Of a DNA stretch of 64,000 nt, positions 34,822 to 46,300 are shown piece by piece. A model generated the notes under the pieces. The model saw nothing but the letters and a program-made list of their open reading frames with translations, was not told the origin of the DNA and searched no databases. The position numbers and the translations under genes are program-made. Every line of letters begins with the position of its first letter. Position 1 is the first letter of the stretch. The DNA comes from Bacteroidota bacterium (lineage in GTDB: Bacteria > Bacteroidota > Bacteroidia > Flavobacteriales_D > JABDKJ01): the NCBI GenBank assembly GCA_039028335.1, contig JBCCIF010000003.1, positions 19,349 to 83,348 on the forward strand, in the 5' to 3' direction.

Positions 34822-37800
34822 TTAGTTCACCGCTTTCTCTATTGAGACTTCAACATTTAGACCGGTTTCAATATCTAATTCAACACCATCATTAATTTCG
34901 GCTTTCTCCTTGAAATCAAGACGATCGGCCAAAATTTCCGCGCAAATATAGTTTAAATTGTCATGTAGCGCCATACTTAATTTTGGATGATTTTGCACCG
35001 TTACATTGATTCGATCTGTTACATCGAGTCCTTTATCTTTTCTCAAATTTTGAATTCTATTCACCATTTCTCGTGCCAAACCTTCATTTTTGAGTGATTC
35101 ATTCAAATTTATATCCAAAGCAACAGTAATCAAACCTTCGCTGGCCACGGTCCAACCGGGAATATCTTCGCTACTTATTTCAAAATCATTGAGTTCAAGA
35201 TTCAGATCTTTTCCTTCTATATGCATCTGCATTCCTCCATTTCGCTCAATCTGACCGATCATCTCTTGATCAAATTGATTTACCTGTGCTGCAATGGCTT
35301 TCATATAAGCCCCGTACTTCGGACCTAAAGTCTTGAAATTAGGCTTGATCTTCTTCACTAATTTTCCCTCTGCATCTTTGAGGTATTCCAGTTCTTTCAC
35401 ATTTACTTCGGAGAGAATCAGTTCTTCTACCGCCTTTAATCTATGCTCAAAGGTATCATCCATTATAGGGATCATTACGCGCTGCAAAGGCTGTCTTACT
35501 TTTAATTTCTCCTTCTTTCTCAGACTAAGTACCAGAGAAGACACCTTTTGCGCAATGTCCATTCGTTCTTCCAAGTCAAGATCAATTGAGGCCTCATCTG
35601 GTTCTGGAAAATATGCTGTATGAACTGATTCTGACGCATTTTTATTTGAGACCCTGTTTAAATCTCTATATAATTTTTCTGAATAGAATGGCGCAATAGG
35701 GGATGACATAATAGCGACATCCATTAGACACTGATGCAATGTCTGATAAGCCGAAATTTTATCACGCTCATAAGATCCCTTCCAAAACCTTCTTCTCGAA
35801 AGTCTTACAAACCAATTGCTCAAATGATCCCCAACAAATTCTTGTATAGCCCTACCAGCCTTTGTAGGTTCAAAATCTGCATAGAATGCATCAACTTCTT
35901 TGATAAGTGAATTCAATTTTGATATGATCCATCTATCAATTTCCGGTCTTTCATCAACTGGTATATGTTCCTCAGTAAAATTGAAGCCATCTACATTTGC
36001 ATAGAGTGCAAAAAATGAATAGGTATTGTACAAGGTACCGAAGAACTTTCGCTTGACTTCGGTAATTCCCTCTACATCAAATTTCAAATTATCCCAGGGT
36101 TGTGCATTCGTGATCATATACCACCTAGTAGCATCCGGACCATGATTTTCAAGGGTTTCAAACGGATTGACTGCATTGCCCAATCTCTTCGACATTTTTT
36201 GTCCATTCTTGTCTAAAACCAAACCATTGGACATGACATTTTTATAGGCAACAGAATCAAAACACATGGTTGCAATGGCATGCAAGGTAAAGAACCAGCC
36301 TCTCGTTTGATCCACACCTTCGGCAATAAAATCTGCAGGGAAGTGCGATCCAGATTCTACCTTTTCCTTATTTTCGAAAGGATAGTGCAATTGAGCATAG
36401 GGCATAGATCCGGAATCAAACCATACATCTATTAAGTCCTTTTCTCTGAACATTTTTTCGCCACTTTCAGAAACTAAAACAAGCTCATCTACATAATTCT
36501 TATGAAGATCGAAAGTGTTATAGTTATCATCTGACATGTCAGAAGGATCAAAATCGCTTAAAGGGTTGGAAGACATAAAGCCTTTTGCAATACTCTTTTC
36601 AATTTCAGATTTTAATTCTTCAGCTGATCCAATGCAAATAGCTTCTTTTCCATCTTCCGTTCTCCATATCGGAATCGGGATACCCCAAAACCTAGAACGA
36701 CTTAAGTTCCAATCGTTCAAATTTTCTAACCAATTTCCAAAGCGACCCTCTCCGGTGGACTTGGGTTTCCAATTAATTGTATTGTTCAGAGCAATCAATC
36801 TGTCCTTAACCTTTGTAGTCTGGATAAACCAAGAATCTAGAGGATAGTAAAGAACAGGTTTATCGGTTCTCCAGCAATGTGGATAGCTGTGAACATATTT
36901 CTCAACTTTAAAAGCCTTGTTCTCTGTTTTTAGTTTTACCGATATTTCTACGTCAACAGATTTATCTGGCGCTTCATTCTCTGAATAGTATTCGTTTTTC
37001 ACATATTTCCCAGCTAATTCCTTCATATGAGAAGTGAATTTTCCTTGTAAATCAACCAAGGGAACAGGATTATCATTTTCATCAAGAACGAGCATTGCAG
37101 GAACACCTGCATCTTTTGCAACTCGGGCATCATCGGCACCAAAAGTAGGAGCTATATGCACAATTCCCGTTCCGTCTTCTGTGCTTACAAAATCACCTGC
37201 AATTACTTGAAAAGCTTGATCTGCATCTTTGTAGGGAAGGGTATAATTCAGCAGCTGATCATATTTCATGCCGATTAGATCTTCTCCTTTACAAATTCCA
37301 ATTTCTGTCCATGGCAACACCTTATTGCCGGGCTCAAAAGCATCAAAAGATTGTTCATTACCCTCTTCCTTGAAATATTTTCTTAAAAGGTCTTTAGCCA
37401 ATATTACCGTTTGTTTTACCGCTGTATAAGGATTCACGGTATTGACTATTGCATAATCAATTCGAGTCCCAACCGCTAATGCCGTGTTTGAAGGCAGGGT
37501 CCATGGAGTGGTTGTCCATGCAATCATATTAACAGGACCATGAGCACCTGAAATCAAACTTGAAATTTTAGATGATTCCGGATTTCGGATTGAAAATAAA
37601 GCTACAGCCGAAGTATCTTTTACATCGCGGTAACAACCCGGTTGATTCAATTCATGAGAGCTCAAGCCCGTACCGGCTTTAGGCGAATAAGGTTGAATCG
37701 TATAGCCCTTGTAAATCAAATCTTTATTAAAAAGCCTTTGTAAAAGGTGCCATACGGATTCAATATATTTATTTTCATAGGTGATATAGGGATCGTCCAT

Positions 37801-38241
37801 ATCAACCCAGTAACCCATTTTCTCCGTCACTTCATTCCAAAGATCTGTATATCTCATGACAGCTTCACGGCAAGCCTTATTATAATCCTCTACTGAAATG
37901 GTTTTTCCAATATCCTCTTTTGTTATTCCCAGTTCCTTTTCTACACCCAGTTCAATTGGCAAACCATGGGTATCCCACCCAGCTTTTCGCTCTACACGAA
38001 AACCTTTTAGTGTCTTATATCTACAAACAATGTCTTTTATGGCTCTTGCCATAACATGATGAATTCCCGGCTTTCCATTAGCCGAAGGTGGACCTTCATA
38101 AAAAACAAAAGGACGATCTGCATCTCTTGATTCAATGCTTTTTTGAAATGTTGAGTCTTCCTTCCAAAAGTTCAATATTTCTTGGGAAATTTCTGACAAG
38201 CTCAACGCCTTATATTCCCTATATTTTTGTTCCGAGGACAT
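34822..38241 (-). CDS. ileS: Isoleucine--tRNA ligase
   Basis: Class I HIGH-type motif PPSANGKPGIHHVMAR and KMSKS motif KMSKRLGN. At 1139 aa it has the type 2 IleRS architecture. Confidence 0.95.
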   Translation of the reverse strand: MSSEQKYREYKALSLSEISQEILNFWKEDSTFQKSIESRDADRPFVFYEGPPSANGKPGIHHVMARAIKDIVCRYKTLKGFRVERKAGWDTHGLPIELGVEKELGITKEDIGKTISVEDYNKACREAVMRYTDLWNEVTEKMGYWVDMDDPYITYENKYIESVWHLLQRLFNKDLIYKGYTIQPYSPKAGTGLSSHELNQPGCYRDVKDTSAVALFSIRNPESSKISSLISGAHGPVNMIAWTTTPWTLPSNTALAVGTRIDYAIVNTVNPYTAVKQTVILAKDLLRKYFKEEGNEQSFDAFEPGNKVLPWTEIGICKGEDLIGMKYDQLLNYTLPYKDADQAFQVIAGDFVSTEDGTGIVHIAPTFGADDARVAKDAGVPAMLVLDENDNPVPLVDLQGKFTSHMKELAGKYVKNEYYSENEAPDKSVDVEISVKLKTENKAFKVEKYVHSYPHCWRTDKPVLYYPLDSWFIQTTKVKDRLIALNNTINWKPKSTGEGRFGNWLENLNDWNLSRSRFWGIPIPIWRTEDGKEAICIGSAEELKSEIEKSIAKGFMSSNPLSDFDPSDMSDDNYNTFDLHKNYVDELVLVSESGEKMFREKDLIDVWFDSGSMPYAQLHYPFENKEKVESGSHFPADFIAEGVDQTRGWFFTLHAIATMCFDSVAYKNVMSNGLVLDKNGQKMSKRLGNAVNPFETLENHGPDATRWYMITNAQPWDNLKFDVEGITEVKRKFFGTLYNTYSFFALYANVDGFNFTEEHIPVDERPEIDRWIISKLNSLIKEVDAFYADFEPTKAGRAIQEFVGDHLSNWFVRLSRRRFWKGSYERDKISAYQTLHQCLMDVAIMSSPIAPFYSEKLYRDLNRVSNKNASESVHTAYFPEPDEASIDLDLEERMDIAQKVSSLVLSLRKKEKLKVRQPLQRVMIPIMDDTFEHRLKAVEELILSEVNVKELEYLKDAEGKLVKKIKPNFKTLGPKYGAYMKAIAAQVNQFDQEMIGQIERNGGMQMHIEGKDLNLELNDFEISSEDIPGWTVASEGLITVALDINLNESLKNEGLAREMVNRIQNLRKDKGLDVTDRINVTVQNHPKLSMALHDNLNYICAEILADRLDFKEKAEINDGVELDIETGLNVEVSIEKAVN

Positions 38242-38425
38242 GATTATTTTTGAGGATTGCGAAATTAAGAAATTAAGTTATCAGATGTATATAAACTCTT
38301 TGGATTTCAAACAATCCAACAAAGCTGTTTTAATGAATAGGATCAAATTAACCTTGGAATATGATAAAATCAGCTAATATTGTCTTAACTAGAGGTGATT
38401 TCACCATAAGTTGTTGAATTAATCA

Positions 38426-38917
38426 ATGAACCAACAAGAGTTTAGACAAACATTTGAGCAATATTTTGATGCCATTCGGAATTACGTTTATTTCATGAGT
38501 TCGGATGTTGATTTGGCCGAAGATATAGCACAAGACACCTTTGTGAAACTTTGGGATAATCGAGACACAATTATCTTATCTACGGTCAAGTCTTATTTGT
38601 ACACGATAGCTAGAAATCTCACTTTGAATCATATTAAGAGAGACAAGCTGAAATACAATTTTATTGCGCAAACTGAACTTAGACAAGATAATAATTCGCC
38701 AGAGTTTGAGTTGGAGCAAAAAGAGTTCAAAGAGAAATTAGAGGCAGTAATAGCCTCAATTCCAGAGGGCAATAGAGAAGTGTTTTTAATGAATCGAATA
38801 GAAGGAATGAAGTACGCTGAAATTGCAGAGCGATTAGGCTTGAGTGTGAAAGCTGTTGAAAAGAGAATGAGCAAGGCACTGAAAATAATCAGAGAAGAAA
38901 TCGAATTTAAAATTTAG
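38426..38917 (+). CDS. ECF sigma-70 family sigma factor (Bacteroidota FecI-like)
   Basis: Region 2 reads AEDIAQDTFVKLWDN...YLYTIARNLTLNHIKR. Region 4 reads MKYAEIAERLGLSVKAVEKRMSKALKII. Confidence 0.85.
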   Translation: MNQQEFRQTFEQYFDAIRNYVYFMSSDVDLAEDIAQDTFVKLWDNRDTIILSTVKSYLYTIARNLTLNHIKRDKLKYNFIAQTELRQDNNSPEFELEQKEFKEKLEAVIASIPEGNREVFLMNRIEGMKYAEIAERLGLSVKAVEKRMSKALKIIREEIEFKI

Positions 38918-38936
38918 AAGGCAAAGCGCTATTAAA

Positions 38937-39764
38937 ATGCTAGAAGAAGAAAATAAAGATTGGCTTGAAATTACAAAGACGCTAAGCACTCCGTTTACTG
39001 GCGGCAATGAAGATTCTTGGAACGCGATTCAAAACAAGATTCAATCTACTCCAGTCTATTCTCTTCAAGATTATCCCAAAAAGCCTAAGAGAACTTGGCG
39101 TTACTTGACCGCTGCAGCTGCTATTCTTCTTTTTGGTTTCGCTTTGTTTTTCATGAATTCAAAAGGAGAAAAATTCATCGCTCAAGAATCGACTTCAATT
39201 GTATTACCGGATCAAAATAATGTATTCTTATTCAAGGGTTCTGAAATCAAATTTGAAAAGAGGGATGAACAATCATTTATCCAGCTTTCTGGAGGAGCAA
39301 TTTTTGAAGTTGCAAAAGGAAGCGATTTTGTCGTTGAAACAAGCAAAGGAAAAATCAGCGTCTTAGGAACCGTTTTTTCAGTCGAAGAAGGGCTAGAGCA
39401 TATCTTCGTAAATTGTACGGAAGGAAAAGTGAAGTTTGAAGACGCTGAGCGATCAGAAGAAATTGAAAAAGGAGAAGGCCTGAGCATTGGACCCAAACAT
39501 ATGACGAAACGTTCGCTCAATTTGATGGAATTAGAATCACGCAAAAAGGGCGAATTGTTCTTCAGCGAAATGCCCCTAGAGGAAGTTATCTTTCAACTAG
39601 AAAGAGCCTACGACATTAAAGTTCAAAGCAGTATTAATTTAGCTGGGAAAAAATATTCGGGTAATTTTAGCACGAGCAATCTTAAGCAAGCTTTAGAATT
39701 GGTTTGTTTTCCCATGAATTTAGATTACAAAATAAATGGTTCGGTTGTCAAGTTGTATGAATAA
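38937..39764 (+). CDS. FecR-family anti-sigma factor
   Basis: One TM helix (YLTAAAAILLFGFALFF) and the FecR domain pattern LSGGAIFEVAKGSDFVVETSKGKISVLGTVFSV. Confidence 0.8.
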   Translation: MLEEENKDWLEITKTLSTPFTGGNEDSWNAIQNKIQSTPVYSLQDYPKKPKRTWRYLTAAAAILLFGFALFFMNSKGEKFIAQESTSIVLPDQNNVFLFKGSEIKFEKRDEQSFIQLSGGAIFEVAKGSDFVVETSKGKISVLGTVFSVEEGLEHIFVNCTEGKVKFEDAERSEEIEKGEGLSIGPKHMTKRSLNLMELESRKKGELFFSEMPLEEVIFQLERAYDIKVQSSINLAGKKYSGNFSTSNLKQALELVCFPMNLDYKINGSVVKLYE

Positions 39765-39770
39765 AGAAAC

Positions 39771-42422
39771 TTGAAAATAACCAAACAAATATTAGCCTTT
39801 CTTTTTCTATTCAATGCCTTTCACCTCAACGCCCAAGAGACCTACTTAAATGGAAATTACAAGGGCACAATCCCTAAAATTCTAAAAAAATTAAGAAACA
39901 AGCACGAATTGAAGTTTGCTTTCGATTACGGAGCCCTTAAAAACTATAAAGTCGACCTATTTCTATCACAGTCTCCTGTCGAAGAAGCATTGATTTCAAT
40001 ACTCGAAAACACAAACTATACATTTAAAAAAATTGACAATACTTATGTGATTTTTCCTATTGCTCAAAAAGAGATTCTGTCGATGAGCCTTTATGGAAAA
40101 GTAGTCGATCAGTCCAACGGTGAACCTTTGCCATTTGCGAGTATTGGTTTTAGTCAATCTACGCAAGGAACCTTTAGCAATGACGATGGGTCTTTTTCTT
40201 TGAAGAATATTGAAAACATGGAAGACAGTTTAATCATTCGATTTCTAGGTTACCGATCTTTCCAGAAACCAATCAAGGCCTTTGTCAATGGCTCCTTTAA
40301 CCTAATTGAATTGGAGCAAATACAACAATTCCTTCCTACTGTGCAAATCACAAGTCAGAAATCACTTTCCATTTCAAGTGAAAAAGAATTGTCCAGCTAC
40401 AATGTCAATGCTCAGAAAATAAATGAATTGCCGTTCACCGGAGCACCCGATTTGTTCAAATCCTTGCAACTGTTTCCTGGAATCAATGCAGGAAATGAAA
40501 CCAGCTCTGAGCTCAATATTCGAGGAGGAAGGTCAGATGAAAATCTCGTGCTATTGGATGGTTTTAAGCTTTACAACCTCGATCATTTTTTCGGCATCTT
40601 CAGTACGATTAATCCCGATATTATCAAAGACATCCGTGTATTTAAAAGTGGTTTCGATGCGAAATATGGATCACGGGTTTCGGGTGTAATTGATCTTTCC
40701 GGAAAAGAGGGAAATGCCAAAAGACCTTCTGGTTCTTTATCATTCAATACTATCAACATTACAGGCTTGATTGAGACTCCAATCGTCAATCAAAAACTCA
40801 CTTTTATTACAGCTATTAGGCGAGCGCATTCAGACATTTATCAAAATCCTATTTATCAAAATCTCTTTGGAAGTGCCTTTGATACAAGCGCCAACTCAAG
40901 AAATCAAGGCCTTGATCTAGACGGAGAAGAAAGCCCCGATTTCAATTTCTATGATGTTTACTCAAAGCTCACCTTTAAACCTGACTTGGAAAACAACTTT
41001 TCCTTGACATTTTTCCGCGGCCAAGATAATTTCTCTGTTAGAGATACAAGCAACTTTAATGGAAACCAACTATTGCGTATCAATCAAAATGACTACAATT
41101 TTGATTGGGGGAACATAGGCGTAGGAGCATTGTGGACCAAACAATGGGACGATAATGTATTCTCAAAAGTCACCATAGGACAATCCAGCTTTAATCGAAA
41201 TTATCATCGTCTTTTTCAGATTATAGATCGGGATGAAAATACGGGGGCCGAATCAAGAGACATTTATTCAAATGCCGAACGCAGCCAACTACAAGATTTC
41301 ACCCTCAACGCAAATGTCTTCGTTAAGAGAACAATAGATGAAGAAATTGGGTTCGGATATGAAGGAACTGTCATTTCAATTGCGGGTATAAATAACAGTA
41401 TTGATTCAATAGAACGTTCGACACTGAACTTTGATTTGCAGGGTATTACACATAGTCTTTGGACTAGTTACAATCGCGAAATGGGTGATACCAAGTTCAA
41501 GTTAGGTCTTCGTGCTACGCACTACTCAATAACAAATGAATTCTATATATCACCTCGTGTAATTATCACACGAAAAATAGACGATAACTTCACACTGCAT
41601 GTAAATGCTGGGCGCTATTTCCAATTTGTCCGAAGAACCAATCGACAGAACATTTTCCTTAACCAACCAGAAAGATGGCTGATTGCAAATAACGATTCCA
41701 TACCTGTACTCATTTCCACACAATTTAATGGGGGAATTCGTTATTCCGAAAAAGAATGGGTCATAGAATTTGAAGGCTTCATCAAGAACATGGAAGGCAA
41801 CATCCTCAATAGAAATGACATCTTACTCCTAGAACTTGTTGAGCAGACAAATTCAATTGCAAAAGGAACAGCCAATATTGGGGGAATAGAGTTTTTCATT
41901 CAGAAAAAAAGAGGTCGACATACTGGATATGCGAGCATGTCTTTTAGCCAAGCACTTGAATTCTATCGTGAAAGTGGAAATGAAATCAATGACGGCAATC
42001 CCATCTTTAGTCCAGACAACAGAACATATGACCTTAAGACTGCGTATCAATACAACTTGACAAATTGGCAATTTTCCACTAACTTCCTATGGAGTAGCGG
42101 TACTCACTTTACTCCACTTTTGGGAGTTTTTCAAGTTAATGGCCCATTTGGAATTCCTTTTACAAAAGCCGAATATGCCGAGGAATTCAGTGCCACATTA
42201 CAAGACTATCTTACACTAAATCTGGCTGTTAACTATAGAAAATTTTTTAATTGGGTAAAAATGGATTTGGGAATTTCTGTAAACAATGTAACGAATAGAA
42301 AAAATGTAAAATCTCTGAATTATATTCCTATATTTGAAAATGGTGAATTGTCTGATGTTGTAGAGGATCGTATTTCTCTATTAGGAATTACACCAAGCCT
42401 TAATTTGAAATTAAGTTTTTAG
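39771..42422 (+). CDS. TonB-dependent receptor with N-terminal STN-like and CarboxypepD_reg domains
   Basis: Uses a TTG start. It has an STN-like segment (ELKFAFDYGALKNYKVDL...EEALISILENTNYTFKKIDNTYVIF), YGKVVDQSNGEPLPFASIGF, a plug motif (ELNIRGGRSDENLVLLDGFKLYN), and a C-terminal barrel ending in ...LNLKLSF. Confidence 0.8.
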   Translation: MKITKQILAFLFLFNAFHLNAQETYLNGNYKGTIPKILKKLRNKHELKFAFDYGALKNYKVDLFLSQSPVEEALISILENTNYTFKKIDNTYVIFPIAQKEILSMSLYGKVVDQSNGEPLPFASIGFSQSTQGTFSNDDGSFSLKNIENMEDSLIIRFLGYRSFQKPIKAFVNGSFNLIELEQIQQFLPTVQITSQKSLSISSEKELSSYNVNAQKINELPFTGAPDLFKSLQLFPGINAGNETSSELNIRGGRSDENLVLLDGFKLYNLDHFFGIFSTINPDIIKDIRVFKSGFDAKYGSRVSGVIDLSGKEGNAKRPSGSLSFNTINITGLIETPIVNQKLTFITAIRRAHSDIYQNPIYQNLFGSAFDTSANSRNQGLDLDGEESPDFNFYDVYSKLTFKPDLENNFSLTFFRGQDNFSVRDTSNFNGNQLLRINQNDYNFDWGNIGVGALWTKQWDDNVFSKVTIGQSSFNRNYHRLFQIIDRDENTGAESRDIYSNAERSQLQDFTLNANVFVKRTIDEEIGFGYEGTVISIAGINNSIDSIERSTLNFDLQGITHSLWTSYNREMGDTKFKLGLRATHYSITNEFYISPRVIITRKIDDNFTLHVNAGRYFQFVRRTNRQNIFLNQPERWLIANNDSIPVLISTQFNGGIRYSEKEWVIEFEGFIKNMEGNILNRNDILLLELVEQTNSIAKGTANIGGIEFFIQKKRGRHTGYASMSFSQALEFYRESGNEINDGNPIFSPDNRTYDLKTAYQYNLTNWQFSTNFLWSSGTHFTPLLGVFQVNGPFGIPFTKAEYAEEFSATLQDYLTLNLAVNYRKFFNWVKMDLGISVNNVTNRKNVKSLNYIPIFENGELSDVVEDRISLLGITPSLNLKLSF

Positions 42423-43213
42423 TGCCAAAACAGCTCTTAAAATATTGTTTAGCTTTTGCTCTGTTGTTTATATTTCTTTCTTGTGAGAAAACAGTTACGC
42501 TTACAGAATCGAGAAATAAGACATTAATTATTAGTGCTTTTCCAGAGACTGGACAGAGTATTTCAGATTTTTCAATTCGCAAATTCAATGACAATGGCTC
42601 TTTTACAATTCCAGTCAATGATGCCAATCCGAGAATTATCTGGAAAAACAACAGTTTTGGACTTATCCCTTCTGAAAATCAAGATGGTCTCTATCGATTG
42701 GCTGCAGATAATTTTGAATTCCTTCCTGGAAACGACTATCGCCTTGAATTGAACTACAAAAGCGAGTTCATTACCGGACAGACTTCAATGCCAAATGAAA
42801 TAAACGAATTTGAAATTGCATCGTCCATCATTCAAATTTATAATTCTGAAGGCTTACTTAATCCAGGTACAAATATCAATTGGCGAAAAGAAGACAATAC
42901 AATTTACTCCGTAAGTATTACTCCTTTGGAAAAAGAAGGTGAGAATTTAATTTCTTTTCCTGAACTAAGTCAAAATCAAATAGACGATGCAAGAAATAGT
43001 CTTGACAATCCCTTTTCATCTAGTGCTTTCACTATTCCTGCAGCTGCATTTGAATACTATGGAGACAATGTGATTGAGATTATCGCAGTAGACGAGCGTT
43101 TCGAAGAGTTTTTCGATCTCAACGAGAACGGGACCACTTTTTCCAATATCAAAAATGGGAAGGGATATTTTATTGGCATCAGCAAGTTCAGTGTCATTGT
43201 AAAAGTCGAGTAG
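42422..43213 (+). CDS. Lipoprotein, DUF4249-like (called mainly by context downstream of the TonB-dependent receptor)
   Basis: The GTG start overlaps the receptor stop by 1 nt (TAGTG). It has the lipobox FIFLSC. Its position in the sigma/FecR/receptor cassette is typical for DUF4249. Confidence 0.5.
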   Translation: MPKQLLKYCLAFALLFIFLSCEKTVTLTESRNKTLIISAFPETGQSISDFSIRKFNDNGSFTIPVNDANPRIIWKNNSFGLIPSENQDGLYRLAADNFEFLPGNDYRLELNYKSEFITGQTSMPNEINEFEIASSIIQIYNSEGLLNPGTNINWRKEDNTIYSVSITPLEKEGENLISFPELSQNQIDDARNSLDNPFSSSAFTIPAAAFEYYGDNVIEIIAVDERFEEFFDLNENGTTFSNIKNGKGYFIGISKFSVIVKVE

Positions 43214-43311
43214 CACTTTTCACCATTTTCCTTTGAATAATTTAAAAACTGCCTCCTGAAGACTCCACAAGGGTTTAGTTATTTTGTTTAGATAATCTAC
43301 ACCCTAATCAC

Positions 43312-46300
43312 ATGGATAGTTTTTTCCGATTCCAAAAAACACTCTTTTTAGCAATATCATTCCTCTGCTCTTCTCTCATGGCCCAAGAAATCTGTGGAGA
43401 TGGATTAGACAATGACTCAAATGGACTGTTCGATTGCGCAGATGGTGCATGTTCATCTGATGCGGGTTGTGCAGATGCCTTTACCTGTTTACCGGGATTT
43501 TATGCCGTGCACGGCACTCAACTAAAGGAACTAGATTTTAATACGAACACATACATAGATATTGGAACCGCACACACTCATAATATAAAGGCTTTAGCCT
43601 ACAGTGTGCGAGATGGTTTCTTTTACGGTCTTCGTTCCAACACAAATGAACTCTTGCGCATTGGCCAAAGTGGCGTGACTTCTTTAGGGGCGGTGACGGG
43701 ATTACCAAATCAAAATTACAATGCCGGGGATTTTGGGCCTGATGGCTTGCTTTACGTAAAAAGATCAAGCTCTGTGAATGAACTTTATGCAATTGACGTC
43801 AACGGAATCTCTGCAACATCACTCGCATTGTCTGCAACACTTTTAAGTGTGACCGATATGGTCTACCATCAATCTACAGATAGAATGTATGGCATTCGAG
43901 ATAATGTGTTGTATGAAATTGACTTGGCAACAGGTGACTTGATGGATTGCACACTCACGGGTGACACTGAAAATGGAGGATATGGAGGCCTATGGGCGAC
44001 TACTGATCCTATGATTATTTATGCTCAAAATAATTCGGGAGAGATCTATGAAGTAGATTTAAGTGCATGCACGCAAACAAGCTTTGAAACTTTTTCTGCT
44101 CCGACCGCCAATAATGGTGCTTCCTGCATGTTGGCACTGAGCCCTTTCGCTTCGACCTCCGGAGGGCCTTTAAGTGATGGAGATCTAGATGACGATGGTA
44201 TTCCAGACAACAACGACATCGACATTGACAATGATGGAATTCCTAATGACATAGAAAACAATTGCGGAAGCCCCTTTGATTTAAATTGGGCCGATTGGCA
44301 AGGAACCGCAATAGATGCAGTCACTTTCGATATCAATGAACCCATTGTTGAAGATGGCGTGACCATCGATTTGAGTTCAGATGATCCTTCAAGTATTAGT
44401 GGTTCTGACTTTGAGACGATTAAAGCCCAGAATATAGGCGGAAGCACGCCTGTATTGTATTATTCACAGGACGCGAATACACAAGCTGAATTCACAGATG
44501 TATGGATAACATTTAGCGAGCCATTGAAAGACGTATCATTCACCATTGTAGATATAGATTTTGTCTCCAATGGCTGGGCAGACTCTCTTGCTATACTCGC
44601 TTATTTCCAGGGCAATATTTATGACCTTACCAGCACTGAAGTTAGCTTGGCCAACCCAGCAAGTGTTGCTTTTAATGATGCTTTAAACTCTTTGATCGGG
44701 CTGGGGAATAACAATCCACAAAGTAATAATAACGGCAACGCAACTCTCAGTTTTAATAATCCTATCGACTCTTTGTGTATACGCTACGGAAATGGACCAA
44801 ATGCACCAATTAATCCGGCTCCTCAGATAATCGGTATTAGTGGCTTCACGGGTGAAACACTTTGTGACACCGATATGGATGGAATTCCCGATATGTACGA
44901 CCCTGATTCAGACAATGACAATTGTTTAGACGCCATCGAATCAGGCAGCGGCTATACTATTCAAGCGGATAGTACAGTTACTGGACCTTATGGAACAAAT
45001 GGTTTGGCCGATGCATTAGAAGACCCAGACGATTCAGGAATTTTAATATATACACCTTCTGATAACGGTTCCATATTTGACTTTCAGAACAATGCAGTAG
45101 ATAATTGCGATACTGAAATTTGCGGAAACGGGTTTGATGATGACAATGATGGTGATGTTGATTGCGATGATAGCGATTGTTCTCCTCTCATAAATTCTGT
45201 CACTTCAGTCGATCCAATATGCCCGAATCTAAATAGCGGGTCCATAACCATTGATGCTACATTCACTGGAGCGGGTGCAATTGAATACAGTATAGATAAT
45301 GGGTCAAATTACCAAAGCTCAAACGTATTCAACAACTTAATACCCGGTAGCTACACAATTGTTGTTCAGACAGAAAGCGGTTCATGTGCAACTGTATATG
45401 TAAGTAATCCAGTGAATTTGATTGATCCAGGATGTGGAACGGCACCTGATGCAAATACCGATAATGAAAACGCTATTGAGGACGAAGGGCCTTACATTTT
45501 TGATCCACAGGAAAACGATACTGATGCAGAAGGAGATCCCTTAACAACAACGATTATTTCTGGTCCCACAAGTGGTGGTTCGGTTTCGGTTCTAAACGGA
45601 GACAGCATTTCTTATTCTCCCGGTTTAAATTTCTGTGGAATTGACACGATCGTTTATCAAATATGTGATCCTATTCTATGTGATATAGACACTATCTTTA
45701 TTGATGTCGCTTGTGTCCAAGATGCACCCGATGGAGGAAATGAAAATGTTTCCACAAACGAAGACACACCTCTAGGGGGGATAGACTTGGACGACAACAA
45801 CAACGAGCCAGATGGTGATCCTATAACTATTATCGTTCCTGCCGGATCAGGTCAAGGAGGAACCGTCAGTTCTAATGGAGATGGAACCGTAGACTATATT
45901 CCTCCGCCAGAATACAATGGAGCTGATACGGTCATTTACTTGGTTTGTGATGATCAAATCCCGCCTAACTGCGTGTCCGATACACTTTTCATTGATGTAT
46001 TACCTGTTAATGACATCCCTGTTGTCACAGGAGCCAATGGAAGCCCAGCGATTAACGATACTGTAACCGTCAATACTGTCTTAGATACGCCTATTCTAAT
46101 TTGCCCAGATGCAAGTGATGCAGATGGTGATCTAATAGATGTAACTGCTGCAACATTAAGCCCCAATAATGGAATACTAAGCGGTCTCTCTGATGGAGAC
46201 ACTTGTTTTACATATACGCCTGACTTGGGCTTCTTGGGCATGGATACGGTCACTGTTATTATCTGTGATCCAACACCGGAGTGTGATACTTTAACGGTGA

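Noticed and set aside
38426-43213. The ECF sigma / FecR / TonB-dependent receptor / small lipoprotein cassette was considered as a novel system.
   Set aside because: This four-gene arrangement is a very common trans-envelope signalling cassette in Bacteroidota. Nothing in the sequence sets it apart except the non-ATG starts.
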